The position numbers and the translations under genes were made by a program. A DNA stretch of 64,000 nt from Octopus sinensis (Eukaryota): positions 90,582,001-90,646,000 of the forward strand of contig NC_042997.1 of assembly GCF_006345805.1 (NCBI RefSeq), read 5' to 3'. Position 1 is the first letter of the stretch. Every line of letters begins with the position of its first letter. Below, piece by piece: positions 26,865-40,129 of this stretch. The notes below the pieces were generated by a model, which ran no database searches, was not told the DNA's origin, and saw only the letters and a list, made by a program, of their open reading frames with translations.

Positions 26865-27479
26865 AGTTTAATTTAATTGGTAAGAATGTTGTCTTGCGTG
26901 TTTGGTGACAGCGTTCTCGCTGGACGCTGCTGGGACGGTTTTTCATTTCCTGTCCATAAAAGATATTTTCTTACAACGAATAATCGTCAACTACGAGTCG
27001 ACTGCATCTTATAGCAGAGACAACTATCCCAAATTTCAACACCTATACATTCAGTCGCCAATGAAATAGACAGTATCCATTTGAAATCTTAGCACAAGGA
27101 TAGCAATTCCGGAGGAGGAGGTGTGTCGATTACATTGAACCCAGCGCTCAACAGGTACTTATTTTATCGGTCCCGAGGGATGAAAGGCGAGGTCGTCCTC
27201 GGCAGAATTTGAACTCAGAACGCAAAGGTGGACGAAATGCTGATAGGTATTTTGTCTGGCGTCCTAACGATTCTGACAGCTCGCTGCCTTCAAAAGAAAT
27301 AGACAATATTATCAAAGAATACACCCCAGAGAAATAAAGTATACAATCATCTGAGGCATTTTTACAGATTTTAGAATAAACAATTACAATATATTCTATC
27401 TCTTCATTAGATGTAGAAAATTTGTTCATTTACGTCCAAATGGCAGAGACGATAGACATCATTATAGAGAACTTTTATC

Positions 27480-28090
27480 ATAATTTTAGTCGCGCTTATT
27501 CGGGGATTTTTATCCCACACACTCCATCGAGCTAGGTCCTGCATCAGTTTAGGGAGGTCTTCAAGGAAGGCATTTAGTGTCTTTGGTGAGTTGATCTACT
27601 TACGTTGTGTTCGGACGACCTCCTCGAGTATGGTTGTGTTTTAGCATTCATATCAGTAGGTCACTTTCCAGCTCTTGTTTAGCTCGCCGTGAAGCGCAAG
27701 CACTTTTCCCTTATAATGGTGGAAACAGGCAGACAACTGTTTCTTGGTGGGATGAGTTCTCCAAGATATGTTTAATACTGTTCTTAATATTCGGGTCTAA
27801 GTTCCATCTCACTTAGATTCCAGTTTTTATGATAAGCGTCCATCAATTGTTTCATATTAAAGAACTGATTCTACAGTTACACGAGGAAATTCCTTTTAAG
27901 GTTGTCTAACAGGGTTGTTTTCCAGACTACATCAGTTTGCATAATACCGGCCATACTTTGGCTGTCGAAGTTTTTACATCTAAAAATAAAGGCAACTGCG
28001 ATACAAAGCTTATTTAAAAGAAAACTACTTATGATATGCACGACTGAAGTGCCTTCTCGCTGTCCATATGTTATGTTTATACAAATAAAC
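27480..28090 (-). mobile_element. Decayed CR1-like LINE 3' fragment
   Basis: Minus strand ..LNAFLEDLP.. resembles the CR1 C-terminal LDxFLxxxPDEP motif; heavily mutated. Confidence 0.5.
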
Positions 28091-28400
28091 AGATGAAATG
28101 GCCATGGGTCCTTACATAGGATCTACGTTTGCGGCATTTTACTTATCTACAAATGAGAACAGAACAATACCAATACATAAAAGCAAATTATACATTAGAT
28201 TTGTTAATGGTGTACTAATTCTAACGGGTACCTTAAAGGAAGTTCAGAAACGAAAAGAAGAGTGAGAAAACAACTCTGTACTAAAGTTTTAACATCCAGA
28301 ATAGTACAAATGGGACGTTTCCAGGGTAAACATTCAGATAGATCACGTCAGGATACACCAAAGAATCAAACAATTGCATAAAGGTACATAAAGTGAATGC
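28090..28400 (+). mobile_element. Decayed Penelope-like RT core fragment
   Basis: AMGPYIGSTFAAFYL..LYIRFVNGVLIL..ENNSVLKF resembles PLE RT AMGSPL..YVDD..NSVLKF. Confidence 0.55.
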
Positions 28401-28659
28401 AAGCACTAACACACACGCACACATATATACTCCCACCCAACCCATATATATATATACATGAATGTGTATGTATGTGTGTATGTGCGAGTGAGTGTGTGTG
28501 TGTGTGTGTATTAATAAATATCTATGCATTATCTGGGACTAGGTAAGGCTTCCGTCGGTAGTAGTTATCCAACTATCTGCTGCACTATGCACAGACCTGC
28601 ACAAGGTTTTGTGGAAGAATCGCATGCAAAGTCTCCTATCACAATATTTGTCCAAGTAA

Positions 28660-29045
28660 AGGCGACGATCGGGCAGAATCGTTAGCACGCAAGGCAAAAT
28701 GCTTAGCGGTATTTCGTCTGCCGCTAAGTTCTGAGTTCAAATTCCGCCGAGGTCAACTTTGCCTTTCATCCTTTCGGGAGTCGATTAAATAAGTACCAGT
28801 TACGCACTGGGGTCGATATAATCGACTTAATCCGTTTGTCTGTCCTTGTTTGTCTTCTCTGTGTTTAGCCCCTTGTGGGTAGTAAAGAAATAGGTATTTC
28901 GTCTGCGGTTATTATAATCATATATATATATATATAAAGCAAAAATTCCGCCGAGGTTGACTTTGCCTTTTCTCCTTTCCGGGTCGATCTAATCGACTGG
29001 CTCCCTCCCCAAAAATTTCGCGCTTGTGCCTAGGGTAGAAAAGAA
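28660..29045 (+). mobile_element. Family-A SINE plus a partial second copy
   Basis: Similarity to 411-643. Confidence 0.85.
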
Positions 29046-29177
29046 TATTTGTCCGAGTAATATTTGTTTGTTTCAAAGAACGATACAGCTTGACATCTGC
29101 ATCGTTGAAAGATCAAATTTAAAAAGTAAATAGTGAACTTTGTCTTGGGTATTAACTTCTAACTATATATACATATA

Positions 29178-30379
29178 CATAACAGACGTAAATCGACACC
29201 CCATAAACCATTGTTTTATGTTTATTCTAGTTTATATTTTATTGACTTTTTTATGTTTCAGGTTCTATATGTGACAGTTTAATCATACCATGTACAAAAG
29301 AAGTCTTGGAGCTGTTTGAATTTTAAAGAGACCGTATAGTGGGTCATTCTAAAGGTGATCATAGTCAGCGTAAAATCTCAGCAAATCTTAGGATCCAGCT
29401 TTCTACAGTTAATAGAGTGATTGTGCAATTCACCAGAGAGAGCAAGGAGCCCACATCACCTCGTCCAGATCAACTAATGCCCTCTGAAAGGACCCTTCTC
29501 TTCGCCAAGAGAATTGTGGAAGATAATCCTCGTTGCAAGGCCTCTAACATAACAGAACAAATTGCTGTCAGTCCCAGAACAGCTGTCAGATATCTCTACA
29601 AACCTGGCTACTACAGCAGAGCAGCAAGAAGGAAGCCACTTCTTCGACCATCAAGTGAAGAAAAGATTGGATCAGTGAGATGGTGGAGAAGCCACTAGCA
29701 TTTTGGGACACTGTCATATTCTCTGATGAGTCCAGATTTGTATTTCCTAACAGTGGTTGAGTGTGGGTCTGAAGACTGTGATCAAGAATTTGATGTGAAA
29801 GATTGCAGCCAACAATGAAATAAGGCGGCTATTCTGTGATAGTCTCGAGAGCAATTAAGACAATGTTTGATCAGAGCTGGTAGAGTATAAAGGAAACATA
29901 AACTCAGATAAATATGTGTCCATATTGTGGAAAGGACTCCTTCCAATCTTCTCCAGTGGTGAAATGATTAAAGAAGACTCTTTATTTATGGAAGATATGG
30001 CTCCTTGTTACACGGCTAAAATGACCCAAGATCTGCTGGATGAGAACGGCATTAAAAAGCTTCCTTAGCCAAACAAATAATCAGGTATGAACCCTATTGG
30101 CCACTTCTGGGAAATAATGGACAGGACACTTTATAAAAAGAACAAAAAAGCGTCTACAAACCAGGTCTTTTGAAATTACTGCATGAAACTTGGCAAGAAA
30201 TTCCGCAAAAGAATATTTGTCATCTGATCAGATAGAGTCCCTTCAATGAGAATTGCAAAGGACACATCTACTAAATATCAAATATTCACATTATGACAAT
30301 TAATAAATAATTTGAATGTATAATTTCAGATTTAAATATATCTTAATGATTATAAAGGTGTCTATTTACTTCTGTTATG
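29178..30379 (+). mobile_element. Tc1-like DNA transposon, full length but with a pseudogenised transposase
   Basis: 22/24-nt TIRs acataacagacgtaaatcgacacc vs the reverse complement of 30357-30380; HTH ..AARRKPLL; FWDTVIFSDESRF; LFMEDMAPCYTAK; MNPIGHFW. Confidence 0.92.
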
Positions 30380-30429
30380 TCTGTGTATATTCATACATAT
30401 ATATATATCTTTCTTTTTTCCTTCTATTT

Positions 30430-32190
30430 TTTTTTTTTGAATTTTTATCTGAACTGTTTGTGGAGTTTTAGTTTTAAAAAAAACATGGCAAAGAACAAGG
30501 ACAATATTGTGGAGTGGGAAATTGTACCACCCAAACAGTGGCTGAAAGACTTCGAAGATGGTGGTGTTGAGGACCTACTCCAAGTCGCTCGACACCATCG
30601 CCCTATTTGAAAATACTTCTATTGAAAAAGAATTGGCAGAGTATCTGCCAACTATTAAATTCATCTCAAGCCGTGTCAAGTATGCAACGGTGTGGTTACT
30701 ATTTAACACCCCCGAGGAGGCTCGCAAATTTGCGAGTCAGCCCTTGCAGGGCAAAGACATTTTGTTCCTTCCCACATATTGTGGGAGGAAGTTGACGAGT
30801 GCTTGGGTCTGCGGTTTGCCACCCGGATACCATCCGCCGGGGTTTGGGTGACAGCGGAGCCAAGCTCCTCAATATAAAAATATTGCCTGCGGCTGATTGG
30901 GTGGGGTCAAAAGCGGTTTTGACCCTGTGGACCCAATCAGCCAAAAATTTGGTATTTTCAGATTTTTTGAAAATGGCCGGGTGCAGGTACTCGGTGATTC
31001 TTGAGCCCCCCCCCCCCCCGTGTCATCGGTGCCTGGAGCCTGGCCATATAAAGAAAATCTGTCCCCAGGAACAAAGCAAGGCCCTGGAGCAGTTGGTTGA
31101 AACCTCAAGAGGAAGAAGGTGAGCAACAATGGGTGCTCACCGAAGGATCCCAGGGATATGTTTAATACTGTTCTTAAGGGAGGGAGATGAGGGAGATGAG
31201 GCGAATCTCTTGATGTGAAAAGATTGCATCCACCCATGAAATAAGGCAGCTATTCTGTGATGGTCTGGAAAACTCCTCAAAGAAGTGTCACCGGTGTCTA
31301 GAACCTGGCCATACAAAAAAGAACTACCCCCAGGACCAAAGCAAGGTCCTGGAGCAGTTGGTTGAGACCTCTGTAGAGGAGGGAACGGAGGCTCTCGAGG
31401 AGGCGGAGGACTTTTCAAAGAAGGCCGCACCAATGTATCCTAGGGATGAGGGAGGATAGGCAGATCTCCCGGTCACGGAGGAAACCCACCCTTCCTCAGT
31501 TAAGAAGAAAAGAAGAGGAAGAAAAAGAGAAACGGGACATTGCCGGCAGTTGGTAACATAATACCGGAATGTCCCGGAACTTCGTCGGTGAGAATTGTGC
31601 CACCGACGGTGGAAGTGACTACCTCATCCCCGGAAGATGAATTACTTGTCTTCTTCTACAGAGGCGGAGAGGTGGAGAAGGTGTTGGAGAAGCACCATAA
31701 GGGAGCAACTATGACCTGCATACGGGATCCCGAATGGCCTCCGCAGATAGCTGTGGAGGTCATAACGTTGTCTGTGTTGCAAAGACTGGAGAAGCTCAAT
31801 GAGTAATATCACTTGTGGCCGGGCGACGCTGACACGCCACCCGCTTTGTGCTTAAATGAGGCGTGGGTAATAGCGGGGTACGGGGTCACAAGCAATACTG
31901 AAGAGGAATATGGGTAAGAGGCTGGAAAGCCTCAATATTGTGAACTGATAAAAGGTTTGAAACCTCATTCTGTTTTTAAGCAAGGTACGAGGCGTAGTAC
32001 CTCATTTTTGTGTTTTAATGAACAATTATGAACAATTGTAGGAGGTTTATTGCCTCATGTATGATAAATAAGAGAACAATGTCTGTTTCCCCCATTAATC
32101 ATCATTTTCACTTTTCATCTCATATAATATTATGTCCGTGTCCAGCCCGCAACTTCCTTCTTTTTCTATGTAAGGTCATTATAGCCAATT
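30430..32190 (+). mobile_element. L1/Tx1-type ORF1 (gag-like, CCHC knuckle) fragment with internal duplication; no ORF2 recognised
   Basis: CHRCLEPGHIKKIC at ~31021-31062 and a second, frameshifted copy at ~31286; upstream ORF1-like region 30486-31020 has frameshifts. Confidence 0.8.
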
Positions 32191-32199
32191 TAATGAAAT

Positions 32200-32550
32200 A
32201 AAGAAGCTTGCTTCCCACATGGTTCCGGGTTCAGTCCCACTGTGTGGCACCTTGGGCAAGTGTCTTCTCTATAGCTTCGGGCCGACCAAAGCCTTGTGAG
32301 TGGATTTGGTAGACGAAAACTGAAAGAATCCCCAATCGTACATATATGCATATGTTTGTGTGTCTGTGTTTGTCCCCACCATCATTGCTTAACAACCGAT
32401 GTTGGGGGTGTTTACGTCCCCGTCACTTAACGGTCGGCAAAAAGAGACCAATAGAATAAGAACTACGCTTACAAAGAATAAGTCCTAGGGTCGATTTGTT
32501 CGACTAAAGGCGATGTTCTAGCATGGCCGCAGTCAGATGACTGAAACAAA
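32200..32550 (+). mobile_element. Family-B (CORE-type) SINE
   Basis: gttccgggttcagtcccactgtgtggcaccttgggcaagtgtc ... cagtcagatgactgaaac. Confidence 0.9.
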
Positions 32551-32660
32551 TAAAATTATACATATTTATATATACATGTGTGTGTATATTTATACATACA
32601 TCTATATATGTATGTATATATACTTACATATATATAAACACATATAGATGTATGCGTATA

Positions 32661-32707
<47 letters not shown>

Positions 32708-33982
32708 ATATTATATATATATATATATATGGCAAATGAAAGACAGAAGATGGACTATACGAGAATTTATTATCAATCACAATTGTTTATAAATTGTTTA
32801 TAAATACATACATTTATACATACAATCATGCATACATACATACATACATACATACATACATGCATACATGCATGCATACATACATACATACATACATACA
32901 TACATACATACATACATACATACATACATACATACATACATACATACATGCATGCATACATACATGAGTAGAGATATGAAACAGCAGAGAATACATTAAA
33001 TCATAAAATAAAATAAACAAGCAGCGATAAAAAAAAGAAGTGTTTTTAATCAGCGGATCAATAAATGATGACCCGAAGTAAACAATTGTTGAAAGCTATC
33101 GACAACAAACAATGCTAGTGTTTATCATGTATCTTAGGCGATGTTTATTATCAACATCGGTCCTTGCAGGGAGTTCACTCCGTTAAGTTATTGCTACTGT
33201 TGTTGTTGCGTTTTCTATTATCGCAAATATTGTGGTTTTGGTACGGGTTGATGTTGTGAATTTTGTTATTGTGTATGTACATATATATTGTTTTCTTCTT
33301 CTATCGCCATTGATGCTATTTCTACTATTGTTGTCGATGATGATGACAATGATGATGGTGATGATGATGATGATGATGATGACGATGTCGGTGGTGATGG
33401 TGGTGGTGGTGATTTTTGTTGGTTTTTTTTCTTTGCTTTTGTTTCTCAATATATTTATATTATTAGAACTTTGACAATCTGACTTCAAGTGAAAATTATG
33501 AGAAAAAAATTGCTATCCTGTTTGAGAGAAGAAAGAGAGAGCGCAAGAGAGCGAGAGAGGGAGTGAGACAGAAATGCATTCCGTGTGTGTGTATGTGTGT
33601 GTGTGTGTGTGTGTGTGTAACTCTTCTTTAGCTTTGGGCGATTCCGACAAATTCCATCGAATGGAAATAGTAGCAGGATTGATGTGGGATGGAAGGGGGG
33701 AGAATAATTGAAAATTTAATTGAAAAGAAAAAAAAAACAAGAGAATTATGAAAAGAAAACAGGCAAGAAAGAAGGAATGATATGGAAGGAAATAAAAGAA
33801 AGAAACAAACAAACAAAACAAGCAACATCGTTATACAAAGTAAATTTTGAAAGAAGGAAAAATGAAAACATTTTAATTAATTTAAACCTTATTAAATGGA
33901 AGTGTTATAAAATTTTTAAATACTTTTTTGATGGCTTTCAAACAGTGAAATATAAAAAGAAGTGGTAGGCGGATCTGACGAA

Positions 33983-34014
<32 letters not shown>

Positions 34015-34063
34015 TAGTAGTAGTAGTAGTAGTAGTAGTAATAGTAGTAGTAGCAGAAGCAGA

Positions 34064-34131
<68 letters not shown>

Positions 34132-34443
34132 CAGCAGCAGCAGTAGATGATAATGTAAAGGAAGAAAAAGAGCAATTACTATTACAAAGTCACTACTACT
34201 ACTATAAGAATAATTACTACTACTACTAACAGCACCACCACTGTTACTGCTACTCCTGCTCGTGTACTTTTCCTTCAGCGTTTGTTTTAAATTGTTAAGA
34301 AAAAAGACCAGTTTGACACATTCGACTATTGTGCTTCAAAGTGTTTTGAAGTCAATGTGTGTGTGTGTGTGTGTGTGTATCAAAAACAACGTAAGTCCAA
34401 GAGACGTTCGCAGTTAATATTATTAGGTATGCATAAATGTATG

Positions 34444-34498
<55 letters not shown>

Positions 34499-34501
34499 TA
34501 T

Positions 34502-35262
34502 ACTATCAGTAATACCCGTCATTGTTCGGGTAATTACATTTACTGTTTCTCGGACTCCGAGAAGCTACAAAAAGTGGGTATATCATATAGAATGAGAGCT
34601 TTGCGGAATCCAGTTGATTACGATGGCACTGAAAAGGATCCATTTGTCACTGTTCTTTTTGTCGTTTGAATAGGCAGTATGCCAAAAGAGAATTGAAAGT
34701 TTTAGTTTGAACATGAATGAAGCTCACAGAAGAATAGGTGTGCGGAATCCAGGTGACTGTGCAATAGCACTGAGAAGGCCACAGGGGAAGTGGAAGACCC
34801 ATTTGTCACGATTTCTTTTGACATCTGAATAGGCCGTATGCCCAAGAAGAATTGAAAGATTCAGTTTCGAATCTGAACCAGGGTGAGACGGCGATTACAG
34901 ATTAAGGTTTACTCGTCCTTCATGTGTGTATTATATAAGAGAAATGCATGTAATAATTGAAATACAAAAAAAAGATGGATATTATATACGAACTTCTGTT
35001 TGTTCTTCAAGTTGCAATCCAGCAACTTTTAGTGTTTAGTCCTGAGCTTTATTAATACTCATGGCAACAGAAAGTGGGGTAGGAAACTGTAACGACTTAA
35101 ACTGGAATGGGACATTAGATGGTATAACTGGTATGCAAAGAACGAAGATGGTGTCACCTTTACCACAACCAGTGTGAATATTTGCCTCAATGCAGCTCTT
35201 CATGTGTTTGTGCACAATTTGTGTTGTACCATTGCATAATTTTGGACAAACGAACAAACGAA
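34502..35262 (-). mobile_element. Helitron 3' portion with PIF1-like helicase remnant
   Basis: PKLCNGT..IEANIHTGCGKGD..FQFKSLQFP..AMSINKAQ; 3' hairpin acccg..cgggt next to a degenerate CTAG end. Confidence 0.8.
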
Positions 35263-35300
35263 CAAACGAACAAACTAACAGAATCTCTCTGTTATATATG

Positions 35301-35376
<76 letters not shown>

Positions 35377-35379
<3 letters not shown>

Positions 35380-36453
35380 GCCCTGATGCAGTACCAGGCA
35401 GTGGCTCTCAGGGCTGCTGATCTTAACTGGTTGGAAGTGTTATCATGTACATTGTTTTGTCTTGGTATAAAAGATGGGCTACAGCAAATATTTTGCTCAA
35501 TACCACAGATTTGCTTGTCAGTTGTTTGACCTTAACCAGTTGAGCATGTCCCTTAGTGGCTGACGATATGTGCATCTCTGATCACGAGCAGAAGTAGTGG
35601 GGGAGCATCATAGCCATGTGTTGAGAGGGATTCTTTAGGGTTTGGTTAATTCACCTCTGGAAACATGGGTGATTCGTTCAACATCCTTAAACAATCCTTA
35701 TTCAAGGACCTTTTGAGCGGGATGGGTTACTCTACCAGAAGAAAATTCTAACTGGGCCCCACCTGCAAGGTCATGTGCTGTTTATCTTGATATGAGATCA
35801 CCATGTCGCGCACATATGGTTGTGATGCATGTGCCTAGTGTACCCTTATCAGACTGGTAGTCATGATGGGTATACTGGGCTTCATATATTTTCCCCAGTG
35901 TAACTTTGATGGTATGCACTGCTCTCTCACTCAATAATAATAATAATAATAATAACAATAATAATAATAATAAGTTTTGTCTTGGTATAAAAGATGGGCT
36001 ACAGCAAATATTCTGCTCAATACCACAGATTTGCTTGTCAGTTGTTTGACCTTAACCAGTTGAGCATGTCCCTTAGTGGCTGACAATACGTGCATCTCTG
36101 ATCACGAGCAGAAGTAGTGGGGGAGCATCATAGCCATGTGTTGAGAGGGATTCTTTGGAGTTTGAATAATTCACCTCTGGAAACATGGGTGTTTCGTTCA
36201 ACATCCTAAAGCAACCCTTATTCAGGGACCTTTTGAGCAGGATGGGCTACTCGACCTGAAGAAAATTCTAACTGGGCCCCACCTGCAAGGTCATGTGCTG
36301 TTTATCTTGATATGAGATCACAATGTCGCGCACATATGGTTGTGATGCATGTGCCTGGTGTACCCTTATCAGACGGGTAGTCATGATGGGTATATTGGGC
36401 TTCGTATATTTTACCCCAGTGTCACTTTGATGGCTTGAACTGCTCTCTCACTC
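35377..36453 (+). mobile_element. Two tandem copies (35377-35932, 35974-36453) of a non-coding element embedded in (AAT)n
   Basis: Highly similar copies, both ending gctctctcactc(aat)n; the second lacks the first ~80 nt. Strand inferred from that truncation. Confidence 0.75.
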
Positions 36454-36512
<59 letters not shown>

Positions 36513-37249
36513 TGATAGATGGATAGATAGATATACATAATGGTTTCCCTTGAACCATTCACTTTCATTTTGGTAGACAAACAAACGAACAAACACACAA
36601 ACGGACAGAATCTCTCTCTCTCTTTCTCTCTCCCTCTCTCTCCCTCTCTCTCCCTCTCTCTCTCCCACTCTCTCTCTCCCTCTCTCTCTCCCTCTCTCTC
36701 TTATATATATATATATATATATATACAAATTGAGGATATAATCATTAAAATGATTATATCAGTGGCTAGCATATAAAAACGGCCATATCGGTGAAATTAA
36801 TTATTATGTATATAATTATAAAAATATAATTATAATTAAGGGCACTGAAATGCCAGCGCCTATGCGCTAGAAGTAGATGTCAAATACTTTGTTCTCTATT
36901 TATAATCCAAGGTCGAATGCGAGGTAATGATCAGATTTACAAAATTTTGGATGATCCTATATCTTAAGATTGCATACTCTATAATAAAGATTACTTTGCA
37001 CTCCTCAGCAGAGATATACCGACAATATATAAGCGAAAAATACATTTACATACCGATAAATTTTTGCGTACAGATACTAATATATGTTCAATAAAATAGT
37101 ACACTGGATAGGTTTGTTAGCGAAATGGAAAGCCAGGAGAAGAGAAAGTGGTTGGTTAGTAGTAGGAGAATACAATGCAGGATTATGGAGATACAGTCAA
37201 TAACGAAGGCACGACGCCGAGCATTGATGACGATTGTTTAGGATTAATT

Positions 37250-37620
37250 ACATTCTGATTTCATCTAACATCGAAGTCAGAGTTTTGACTGCCGAGGCCA
37301 CGGAAGCTGTAGATGTTTCTACCAGTAACAACTCCAACAACTTCACTCCTTACATACAGGATAAAACGTGATGGTTATGGCTGGAACATCTTTGGTAATA
37401 TATTTTCTCCAGTAGCGATGGCTTGGGATTCAACACCTACAGCTTCGAAAACAACGCCTTTTCCATTGAAAATCCCAATCTTTGCACCCACATCTTTTAC
37501 AAAGCTACCGACTCTCACATTTACCTTCATTTCAGTTGAACCCTCATCATTCGCACCAAATCAACCATTTCCTAAGCAGTTCCTCCGACTCATCAAAAAC
37601 ACTTGCGTTTCTTATAGGAT
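37250..37620 (+). mobile_element. Decayed Penelope-like RT thumb fragment
   Basis: FSIENPNLCTHIFYKATDSHIYLHFS* followed by PFPKQFLRL. Confidence 0.7.
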
Positions 37621-37630
37621 ATTCAAAGTC

Positions 37631-37664
<34 letters not shown>

Positions 37665-38402
37665 TGTATGTATGTATGTATGTATGTATGTATGCATGCA
37701 TGCATGCATGTATGTATGTATGTATGTATGTATGTATGTATGTATGTATGCATGTATGTGTGCATGCATGAATGTATGCATATATGTATATATGTATGTC
37801 TCTATATATGAATGTATGTATGTACGAATTATGTATGCAAACATGTATGTATGTAAATACTAACTTAAAAGCCGCCCTATCGTGCGGCTTTTAAGCTAAC
37901 TCCTGGTTGAGGAGGCTCTTCATTAGGCCTTGGGCCCAACAATGACACTTCATGCAATGAGTACATATTAAATTTTATTGAACAATATTTTTCAAGCAAT
38001 GAACAATTTTCCTCAATGGTAAGCCATAGGGTTAGGTCAAAATTAAAATGCATACGCAGCAACAATAGACGAATACAAACATTGGTGCCGAAGTACAGGC
38101 AGAAAGATGTTCAGGCCATGTATGCAATTAATTGAACGCTACTAAGTATATTACTAGCCGTTGGGCTAATCCAGAAACGAAATTGTATTAAATATTCGGT
38201 CCATAATATACTTCCGAACGCGCGCGGAGAAGTTTCTGAGGGAGGTGAATCATAAATAAATAATAACAAACGTTGGATACTTGTCGATTCATTACAGTTG
38301 TTTCCAACGAATATTTTAATTGATTAATAAGTACACTATATCATTATAACAAAACCGTTTTCTTCAGATGAATACACGAACTACTTTATATATATATATA
38401 CA

Positions 38403-38569
38403 TAGGAGTGGCTGTATGGTAAGTAGCTTGCTTACCAACCACATGGTTCCGGGTTAAGTCCCACTGCGTGGCACCTTGGGCAAGTGTCTTCTACTATAGC
38501 CTCGGGCCGACCAATGCCTTGTGAGTGGATTTGGTAGACGGAAACTGAAAGAAGCCGTCGTATATATGT

Positions 38570-38620
<51 letters not shown>

Positions 38621-39125
38621 TATATGCGTGTGTGTGTTTGTGTGTCTGTGTTTGTCTCCCTAGCATTGCTTGACAACCGATTCTGGTGTATTTATGTCCC
38701 TGTTACTTAGCGGTTCTGTAAAAGAGACCGATAGAATAAGTACTGGGCTTACAAAAGAATAAGTCCCGGGGTCGAGTTGCTTGATTAAAAGGCGGTGCTC
38801 CAGCATGGCCGCAGTCAAATGACTGAAACAAGTAAAAGAGTAAAAGAGCATATATATATGTATATATATATATATATATATATAATATGCGCCCTTTTTT
38901 AAAGCCTAACTAGGTTCATGGGCCCGGTTTCCCGGTTTAAATGGCGTATGTGTTCCCCAGCTGGACGTGACGCCAGTCCATCGCAGCGTTACTCATTTTT
39001 GCCAGCCGAGTGGACTGGTGCAACGTGAAATGAAGTGTTTTGCTCAAGAACACAACGCGTCGCCCAGTCCAGGAATCGAAACCACAATCATGATGCTGAC
39101 ACCCTAACCACTAACCCATGCGCCT

Positions 39126-39130
<5 letters not shown>
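38403..39130. mobile_element. Family-B SINE (+, 38403-38850) and family-C SINE (-, 38890-39130)
   Basis: Similarity to the other copies. Confidence 0.88.
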
Positions 39131-39208
<78 letters not shown>

Positions 39209-39216
39209 TATATATA

Positions 39217-39930
39217 CTAGCAGAGACACCCGACGTTGCCTGGAAATGAATTGTTCTTTATATATTGGAAGAAAAAAGCAAAATATGTTGTGTAAAAATT
39301 TGTTATTCTAAATTTCATTTATTTTTCAATTGGGATGCAATTTATTCTTTAATTGGGAGATCAATTCTGAATTCATAATGCAAAATAATAATAATAAATA
39401 AACGAAAATACAAAATTTACCACTTTTATGCAAGGAGATAAATTCCATCCCATATGTTGAAGGAAATTACGTAAGAGTTTCTGGGTAAACAGCATTCTTT
39501 GTTTTCTGGTTTGGAGCATAGACAAATAAGCCATGCAAACTACCAACCCTAGAGCACCCAACATAAAGTTAACCGTGAGAAAAGCAAGGCTCAATTCAGT
39601 GCAAGCCAGTAGATTTCAAAGTCTGGCCTATTAATTGACATTGCGATGTTAAGTCACTCTGGGAATTGTGTTCTTTTGAACTCAAATGGCATGTCTGTTG
39701 GTTTGATTGGAATCTTAGGAATGAAAACCTCTTCCCCAGAGGCACTTCCAGTGATGATGGTAGCTTCTGTCACATTAGGTGGTAATATCTTCACAATCAA
39801 CCTTGTCCCATTGCATAATTTAGAAGGATCTAAATTTCTTAGAAGCATTATTAGAACACATACCTTCAGAAAAAGTTTATGTAGAGGCGTTCCAGGTGGC
39901 TCAAGATAATTAAGGAACTTTGTATATATA
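39217..39930 (-). mobile_element. Helitron 3' portion with helicase remnant
   Basis: MLLRNLDPSKLCNGTRLIVK..EATIITG..GEEVFIPKIPIKPTDMPFEFKRTQFP; CTAG end at 39217-39220 with adjacent hairpin. Confidence 0.85.
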
Positions 39931-39939
39931 TGTATGCCC

Positions 39940-40120
39940 TGCTACAAAAATTAAAAAATTTACATAAGGTAGAAGCAGATGTCTTCAAAAAGGAATTAGA
40001 TATACTCCTCTCCACAACGCCGGATGAACCAACAGCTAGACATTAGGTACAAACGAGGGCTGCGGAATCAAACTTAATTAATCAAATGTACCAACAGCTC
40101 GGTAAAAGACACATACACCT
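39940..40120 (+). mobile_element. CR1-like LINE 3' end
   Basis: KNLHKVEADVFKKELDILLSTTPDEP..RAAESNL. Confidence 0.7.
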
Positions 40121-40129
40121 GAATAGAAC

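Noticed and set aside
28524-28536. Partial matches to miR-277 (also miR-190 at 27764, miR-278 at ~25390, miR-210 at ~57217)
   Set aside because: Only 10-13 nt match with no precursor hairpin; two lie inside TE relics.
29723-29729. CTGATGA as an HHR core (also 18044-18050 and 52501-52507)
   Set aside because: It encodes SDE of the Tc1 transposase here. The others lack stem II, GAAA-NUH and stem I.
35700-35780. Twister- or HDV-like fold in the (AAT)n-embedded element
   Set aside because: Pseudoknot elements are in the wrong order and the conserved cleavage-site context is absent by manual inspection.
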